A program made the position numbers and the translations under genes. A model generated the notes under the pieces. It saw only the letters and a list, made by a program, of their open reading frames with translations. It made no database searches and was not told the origin of the DNA. From Candidatus Woesearchaeota archaeon (GTDB taxonomy: Archaea > Nanobdellota > Nanobdellia > Pacearchaeales > GW2011-AR1), in contig CAZNJU010000001.1 of the NCBI GenBank assembly GCA_964573625.1, positions 513,050 through 577,049 of the forward strand: a stretch of 64,000 nt of DNA, read 5' to 3'. The stretch's first letter is position 1; each line of letters begins with the position of its first letter. Positions 58,586 through 64,000 of the stretch are shown piece after piece.

Positions 58586-59326
58586 TTAACGAGAACCTCG
58601 CAAAACACCTTCCATTAAAACAAAATAATCTTCATATCCTTCTGCTGATTTAGCAAAGAGTGCTTTCGCCTCTCCTAAGGCACCATAGACTTGTTCTTGG
58701 GCAAGTCTTCCATGAAAAGGCTCTAATCTCCAAGACTTAAATCTGTCTAGACCCAGAGGTCCTGTAAAGTCTTGTTGAAAAGGCCTTACATATTTTCCCA
58801 ACCTTCCCAGAGAATCAACCTCTTTAACAATCTCCCTCTCTTCGTTCGCAATAAATCTTGAAAGAGAAAAATAAGCGGAGTCCCCATTATTCCTAAAAAG
58901 ATGCTTTTGTTGGAAAACCTCAGCATCTATTAATACATTATCTGCTAAAGAGAGCTTATCACGATTCAGCCAGAATCTGCAGAAAATCCTCTGTTCAAGG
59001 CTGGAAATAGTGGATGGGTTGACTTTTTCATTTTTATCCCCCTCATAAAAAGTCATTTCGTTTAACCGCCTCTTTTCCTTTCCGTCAATTAAAACACAAG
59101 GATTAACCATCTCAGGAAGATAAATGGTTAAATTTCCATAAAGCTTAGAATGAGTATCAAACTCCGCGGAGATGTTCCATTTTTGTTTTTCTGCAACATC
59201 GAAGAAAGTCCCAATTCTTAATTCTTCCAGCGCATTTTTAAGCAAACGTTCCTCTTCAAAGGTTTTAGTATCTTTCTCTAAATGAGCAGGATTTTTTCTT
59301 TTGAAGATGGCAATTCTTTCTTCCAT
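58586..59326 (-). CDS. hypothetical protein
   Basis: 246-aa ORF. Confidence 0.4.
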   Translation of the reverse strand: MEERIAIFKRKNPAHLEKDTKTFEEERLLKNALEELRIGTFFDVAEKQKWNISAEFDTHSKLYGNLTIYLPEMVNPCVLIDGKEKRRLNEMTFYEGDKNEKVNPSTISSLEQRIFCRFWLNRDKLSLADNVLIDAEVFQQKHLFRNNGDSAYFSLSRFIANEEREIVKEVDSLGRLGKYVRPFQQDFTGPLGLDRFKSWRLEPFHGRLAQEQVYGALGEAKALFAKSAEGYEDYFVLMEGVLRGSR

Positions 59327-59713
59327 AGAAAGACGAAGATTAATTCTTTTTAAGTATTATTGTAAAAACTGAGCAAGCAGCCTAACTTCTTTTATTTTTA
59401 GATATCATCTCAGTAAGCGAGTTAATTAATTGCAGAAAATCAGAGAGTTCAGGCGAGAATGGGATACGTAGCCCACATAAACAACGCACAATTATCGTCT
59501 GCGATTTCATGGATAGGAAATTGTTGAATCGTTTCAATCGGATTGGCAGGATTGACGATTTATTTTAGAAAAAGATAAAAAAATAACTAAAGATGAAGCA
59601 TTAGATTTATTGTCTTTAGGCCTTGCGCCAAGGGAAATCAACGAAACTTATCCAACTTCTTTTACCGTAGGCCAACTTGCTGCGTTTAAAGCTTGGCAGA
59701 CCATGCGAGCTCG

Positions 59714-60286
59714 TTAATTTAACGTCCTAATCACTTTCTCTACCGCATCCAAATATACCTTAGACTCAAGCTTGTGTCGAGCGTTAATGACAACGAGTTC
59801 ACTATTCTTAATTTGCTTATGAGCTTCTTGTGCTCTCCGCATGCTATCTCCGCCTTCTTTTACTCCCACGATGATAATTGTTTTATCAGCACGCACTTTT
59901 TTCGCTAATTCATTAAAAGAAAGTTTGTTAAGAACGCTCATTCGCTTCTTCCCGATAAACATCTTATAGGATGCGGGAATATAGTCAAGATCCTCCTTAA
60001 AGTACGGAGATAGCGAGCACAGAAACAGCGTTTTTACCTTTATTTGAGTAGAGGCCATAAACGCAGTCATGGCTCCAAAGGAAAAACCAAATAAATATAC
60101 TTCTTCATTCGGGGTATGGTGATTAAAGAAATCGTTAAGATAATCGTCATGCGTTCTGTACGTCCATCTAATTTTAACAAATTTAGGAGTAATGCCTTTC
60201 TTTTCGAACCACGATTCTATTTTCTTCAAAACTTTATGCTTTTCAGAACCGCCATAGCCTGGAATGATATATACAACTCTTTTCAT
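59714..60286 (-). CDS. alpha/beta hydrolase (YqiA/UPF0227-like esterase)
   Basis: 190 aa with the nucleophile elbow GFSFG (GxSxG) and a short alpha/beta fold. Confidence 0.55.
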   Translation of the reverse strand: MKRVVYIIPGYGGSEKHKVLKKIESWFEKKGITPKFVKIRWTYRTHDDYLNDFFNHHTPNEEVYLFGFSFGAMTAFMASTQIKVKTLFLCSLSPYFKEDLDYIPASYKMFIGKKRMSVLNKLSFNELAKKVRADKTIIIVGVKEGGDSMRRAQEAHKQIKNSELVVINARHKLESKVYLDAVEKVIRTLN

Positions 60287-60319
60287 ATAGGAATATGGCG
60301 CAGACGTATAAAAAAGTAG

Positions 60320-60763
60320 CTATTCATTCAAGTATTTGTAGAAAAACCTATGGGGGCCGGTAGTTCCTGTAACATACCCTCTTCTTGTATAAAATTCTTT
60401 CAGGTCGTCTTCACTATCGCGAACCATAAGCATTACTTGTCGATGCCCCCTAGACTTCAATTTTTGCTCAGCCGCTTCTAAAAGTGCTCCGCCAATTCCC
60501 TTTCCCTGATGCTCTTTTTGCACGGCTAGCCTAAAGATGAGCGAATTCCATCCATCCTCAAGAAAGAAAACATTGCCAACGACTTTTCCACCTATTTCAG
60601 CTACTAAGATGGATTCCGGATCACGTGCAATCTTTGCGGTGAGTCTTTCTTTAGTATCTACATCTTCGTCAGTAAGTTTAGTGGTATCTAGATTATGTCG
60701 TACCGCTTGATAGTCAGCGCTTTGGTAAGGTCTTATTTGCATCAAAATCACATTTAAACTCAA
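60320..60763 (-). CDS. GNAT-family N-acetyltransferase
   Basis: 147 aa with the acetyl-CoA-binding motif HQGKGIGGALLE. Confidence 0.7.
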   Translation of the reverse strand: MSLNVILMQIRPYQSADYQAVRHNLDTTKLTDEDVDTKERLTAKIARDPESILVAEIGGKVVGNVFFLEDGWNSLIFRLAVQKEHQGKGIGGALLEAAEQKLKSRGHRQVMLMVRDSEDDLKEFYTRRGYVTGTTGPHRFFYKYLNE

Positions 60764-60842
60764 TATTTAAGTATTGCTAAAGCGAGGGTACAAAAATTGA
60801 GTTTAGAAAAATTAGCTCTCCTTTTTAGAGCATCAAAGATAG

Positions 60843-61718
60843 TTATTTGTTTTTCAGAGCAAGTTCAACTAGCTTAATTGCTCCTTCCTTAGAAGACGCA
60901 ATAGCAACAAACAATTTATTATGACAAAACTTAGCATCACTCACGCCCGTGACTCTTTGTAATTCTTCTCCTGCAAGGCCTGCCCAACTTTTTGGAAGAT
61001 CTTTTCTATTCTCAAAACTGCCTAATGCAACAGGGACTGCAAGAACGCACCAATGTTTCTCTATCGAGTCGGGAAAAACGATAAATTTTAGGTTCGATTC
61101 TTTTACAAGCGTCTCTCTCCAGGGTAGATATTCTTCTAAAACAAGATATTCTCCTTTAGCTTTCTTCAATTTCTCTCTGAGTACTCTCTTTCCCGTTACT
61201 AATCCTTCCGCAGCCTCAATTTCTCTATTGAGCAACTTCGAGATTATAGAAACTGCTTCCTCAAAATGATGATCAAACAGCTTTTCTGATTCATCGGGCC
61301 AATGTGGGTTTAGACCATTGATGAACTCTGCTATAGTATATGGGTCTAACTTCTTTATCTCGTACGTGTCTACACCGGTATCGTTTGCATCAACGTATTG
61401 AATAATCTTTTCGTCAATATGCTCAAAAACTTCATCAGAGTTAGTCAGTTTTCTTCCATAATGTTTCCAAATCAGTCCTGCAGAAGCGTAAGGAATACCG
61501 TTCTTTCTTTCTCCAGCACCGCCTTTTTGATGGTGGTCGAAATCATTAGTTGCAGAGTCATATTTTCTTCCCACATCTATTCGAGCGTCTACTTCTTTTA
61601 GCTTATTTTCATCTCTAGTGCGAATTACTCTAAGTTTTGGGTAAATCAATCGTAATATTGAAACCGCAAAAACATCATCTGCATGAAAATCTCGATTGTG
61701 CACTGCAACTACTTTCAT
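60843..61718 (-). CDS. MYG1/UPF0160-family metal-dependent hydrolase
   Basis: 291 aa. The N-terminus VAVHNRDFHADDVFAVSIL matches the MYG1 signature (THxGxFHxDE), and DFDHHQ supplies a further His cluster. Confidence 0.6.
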   Translation of the reverse strand: MKVVAVHNRDFHADDVFAVSILRLIYPKLRVIRTRDENKLKEVDARIDVGRKYDSATNDFDHHQKGGAGERKNGIPYASAGLIWKHYGRKLTNSDEVFEHIDEKIIQYVDANDTGVDTYEIKKLDPYTIAEFINGLNPHWPDESEKLFDHHFEEAVSIISKLLNREIEAAEGLVTGKRVLREKLKKAKGEYLVLEEYLPWRETLVKESNLKFIVFPDSIEKHWCVLAVPVALGSFENRKDLPKSWAGLAGEELQRVTGVSDAKFCHNKLFVAIASSKEGAIKLVELALKNK

Positions 61719-61868
61719 AACTATGAAGAGTGTTAAGCATATAAAAAATCTACTAAGGACTAATTAGTGGGCTGTCTCGAAACAAATAAAGCGCATACAA
61801 TATCGTCTATAAATAAGTAGAAAACCGCTAAAATACATGAAAAATCGACTGTCTTCAACACCGGGTTT

Positions 61869-63941
61869 TTAGTCTTTTTTGAATAAGTGCGTGATTGCAT
61901 CTGCCACACTCCTTTTCGTATAGGTTATACCTAATTCATTATAGTACGGAGATAAGTTCCTATCTGTTACCACGAAAAACCAGTTTTTACTATAACCTTT
62001 GTTAAGATTTCTTATTTTCTCCATTAATTTTTTCCTGTCTTTACTGTAAACTTTACCTGTTTCAACTTCAATTGCGTATTGCTGGCCGCCGGCTTCAAAA
62101 ACAATGTCTGGTTTTACCGTTTCATATAAAGATATCTTGTTTGTGAAATTCTTTAGATATTCTACTAACTCATACGTAAGAAAGCAATGACTCTCAGACT
62201 CATTTCTTCGCGGTTTGATCAGGTAACGTGCTTTTTTATTATTAAGATCAAAGAATGTTCTTTCTTGATATCCCTTTGAGCGCAAGTATTTGATTTCGTC
62301 CAGATTAAGAGAGCTGACTACATGGTGGCGTCTTGACTCATCAATAGCGATGTTCACTTTTCGTTGAATGGCTTTCTTTGTTTCGGTAGGTTGTCGCAAG
62401 AGCTCATCAGGTTTGGTAGTAATGTATTCATGTTCTTCATCTGATGCCACAATACGCAGCTCTGAATGTTCATCATCCATAAGCAGAATGCCTTCACCTA
62501 CGGCAGCAGTAAGCAAAAATGCCCGTTCAGTCTCGCTCAAGGAGAATGTTTCTTTGATGTTTCTAATAACGGCTGGTTTTTGTCTTAGAAGAATGGTATA
62601 AGAACTATTGGCTAAGACAGATTTACCTGCTTCGGTTCCCAACATGCCTTCGACTTCCTGATTAATCAAAAACAGTGCTAAATTGAATTTTCTACACGTT
62701 TTAACGATCTCAAATATGTACGAAGCGTCTTCAGCCCGACTAAGGAGCGACCACGCTTCATCAATGACGAGAAACTTACGCTCTAACGTGCTTTTCATTT
62801 TCATATATACATAATCTAATACGAGAAACATCATAACAGGCTTCACTTGCTTAGGCATATTGCCGATATCAAAGGAAACGAGCGGATTGTCAAAATTGAT
62901 GTTAGTATGCGTATTGAGAAAAGAGAAAACACCTGTAGTGTACAGTGAAAGACGATTAATGAGACTGCGTATGGTGGGTTTTTCGATAGTCGTTGCTTTT
63001 CGTTCTAAGGATTCTAAGGAATACAGTATATCTTCCATAATCGGCGGCTCATTATTCCAGCTTTCAGGATCATTAACAAAGATGCCTTTCTTTTCATACG
63101 CCGTTGTTAGAGCACGATCGATAAACGTCTTCTGGGGTTCAGTAAGCTCACCAAGCATGAGCGGCATCAAATCCATCAAGGCAAGACGTTTTTCAGGATA
63201 TTCGTGACCCATTAAGTCCAGAGGATTGATAATAGTCTCAGAAGTTCGACTCAAATCAATACGTTGCCCTTTAAACTGCTTTACCAGCGCGTTATACTCT
63301 CCTTGCGGATCAATAACCATTACTTTTGTACCATTCAACAGATGCCGAGCAATCATGAGCTTTGACAGATAGCTTTTACCGGAGCCAGAGCTAGCCAAAC
63401 ACAGACCGTTCGGATTACTGAGGGAAAAAATGTCTTTAATAATCGGAATGTTATTTTTGTTAAGGCCGAACCAAATACCGGATAGATCTGCTGATAAGAA
63501 GGAAGAGGTAAAGGGAAAGAACGCCGATAACGCGTTCGTAGGCACGTTTCTACGCATTTTAAGATGGTTCATGGCTAATGGAGCACAGGACTTAAGAGCT
63601 TGTAACATTCTGAATGAAGGACGTCTCGGAATAATCAGAAGCGAATTCAGTTCTGATTCTACTTTTCGTGTTAGAAGATCCAATTCTGCTTTCGTTGTGG
63701 CTCTGCAATTAATATAGAGACTTACATTGAAGAGCTTCTCTACACCTTTCTGAAGGTTGGTAAGCACTCCTTTGGTGTCTTTGTATTTGATTTCTAAACT
63801 CGGATTAAGTATTCCTTTGGATTTAGCAGAATACAAATCTGCACGTTGTTTTTGAAGTTCTTTGTTAATATCCACCATCATCGTTTCAATATCATATGGC
63901 TCAATATGAATCGAAAGATCAAAATTACCTGAGCTACTCAC
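61869..63941 (-). CDS. VirB4/TraC/CedB-like ATPase fused to a C-terminal PD-(D/E)xK nuclease-like domain
   Basis: 690 aa with Walker A LASSGSGKSY, Walker B KFLVIDEAWSLL, and the VirB4-type C-terminal motif QEVEGML. The last ~110 aa carry PDIVFE...AIEVETGK (D...E.K nuclease-like). The start codon appears to be GTG. Confidence 0.55.
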   Translation of the reverse strand: MSSSGNFDLSIHIEPYDIETMMVDINKELQKQRADLYSAKSKGILNPSLEIKYKDTKGVLTNLQKGVEKLFNVSLYINCRATTKAELDLLTRKVESELNSLLIIPRRPSFRMLQALKSCAPLAMNHLKMRRNVPTNALSAFFPFTSSFLSADLSGIWFGLNKNNIPIIKDIFSLSNPNGLCLASSGSGKSYLSKLMIARHLLNGTKVMVIDPQGEYNALVKQFKGQRIDLSRTSETIINPLDLMGHEYPEKRLALMDLMPLMLGELTEPQKTFIDRALTTAYEKKGIFVNDPESWNNEPPIMEDILYSLESLERKATTIEKPTIRSLINRLSLYTTGVFSFLNTHTNINFDNPLVSFDIGNMPKQVKPVMMFLVLDYVYMKMKSTLERKFLVIDEAWSLLSRAEDASYIFEIVKTCRKFNLALFLINQEVEGMLGTEAGKSVLANSSYTILLRQKPAVIRNIKETFSLSETERAFLLTAAVGEGILLMDDEHSELRIVASDEEHEYITTKPDELLRQPTETKKAIQRKVNIAIDESRRHHVVSSLNLDEIKYLRSKGYQERTFFDLNNKKARYLIKPRRNESESHCFLTYELVEYLKNFTNKISLYETVKPDIVFEAGGQQYAIEVETGKVYSKDRKKLMEKIRNLNKGYSKNWFFVVTDRNLSPYYNELGITYTKRSVADAITHLFKKD

Positions 63942-64000
63942 GATCTTATCGAGAAATCCTGCTTCTACGGTTCGCGGATAGCCATAGGCGACAATCGTTC

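Overview
The window is an AT-rich archaeal chromosomal segment. From its small, densely packed genes I infer a small-genome, possibly DPANN-like lineage, but this is not proven.

The first ~40 kb is a core region.
- The archaeal identity rests on rpoH followed by the N-terminal part of rpoB (1..861), tRNA-Lys(TTT), ribosomal proteins L10e and L35Ae, and archaeal-type Trp-, Thr- and Glu-tRNA synthetases.
- Other core genes include thioredoxin, an oligoendopeptidase F, an orotate phosphoribosyltransferase-like protein, a cysteine desulfurase and PEP synthase.
- An nrdR-nrdJ operon (class II ribonucleotide reductase) sits behind two bacterial-type NrdR operator palindromes.
- A LemA-CYTH-HtpX cluster lies next to a large surface protein.
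- Two class-III-signal pilin-like genes lie between the ThrRS and GluRS genes.
- A four-gene operon carries two paralogous CHAP/NlpC-P60-like cysteine-peptidase candidates.
- Two unusual operons and two large nucleotidyltransferase-domain proteins are flagged in the findings.

From ~40.5 kb the character changes to that of an accessory island.
- A 3' tRNA fragment abuts an intact tyrosine integrase, which suggests an integrated-element boundary.
- The cargo includes a HEPN / winged-helix nucleotidyltransferase (toxin-antitoxin-like) pair, an RHH protein, several large orphan proteins and a cysteine-rich secreted peptide.
- The island contains a protein with clear sigma-70 region 2 and region 4 signatures, which is unexpected in an archaeon.
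- An XRE-HTH/CBS regulator is transcribed divergently from a seven-gene, translationally coupled operon of entirely uncharacterised proteins.
- That operon includes a ~1290-aa protein built from ~10 tandem ~85-aa repeats.
- The window ends with an esterase, a GNAT acetyltransferase, a MYG1-family hydrolase and a VirB4/TraC-like ATPase that appears fused to a C-terminal PD-(D/E)xK nuclease-like domain.

No rRNA genes and no CRISPR array were seen. All functional calls come from motif recognition by eye; no database search was run.
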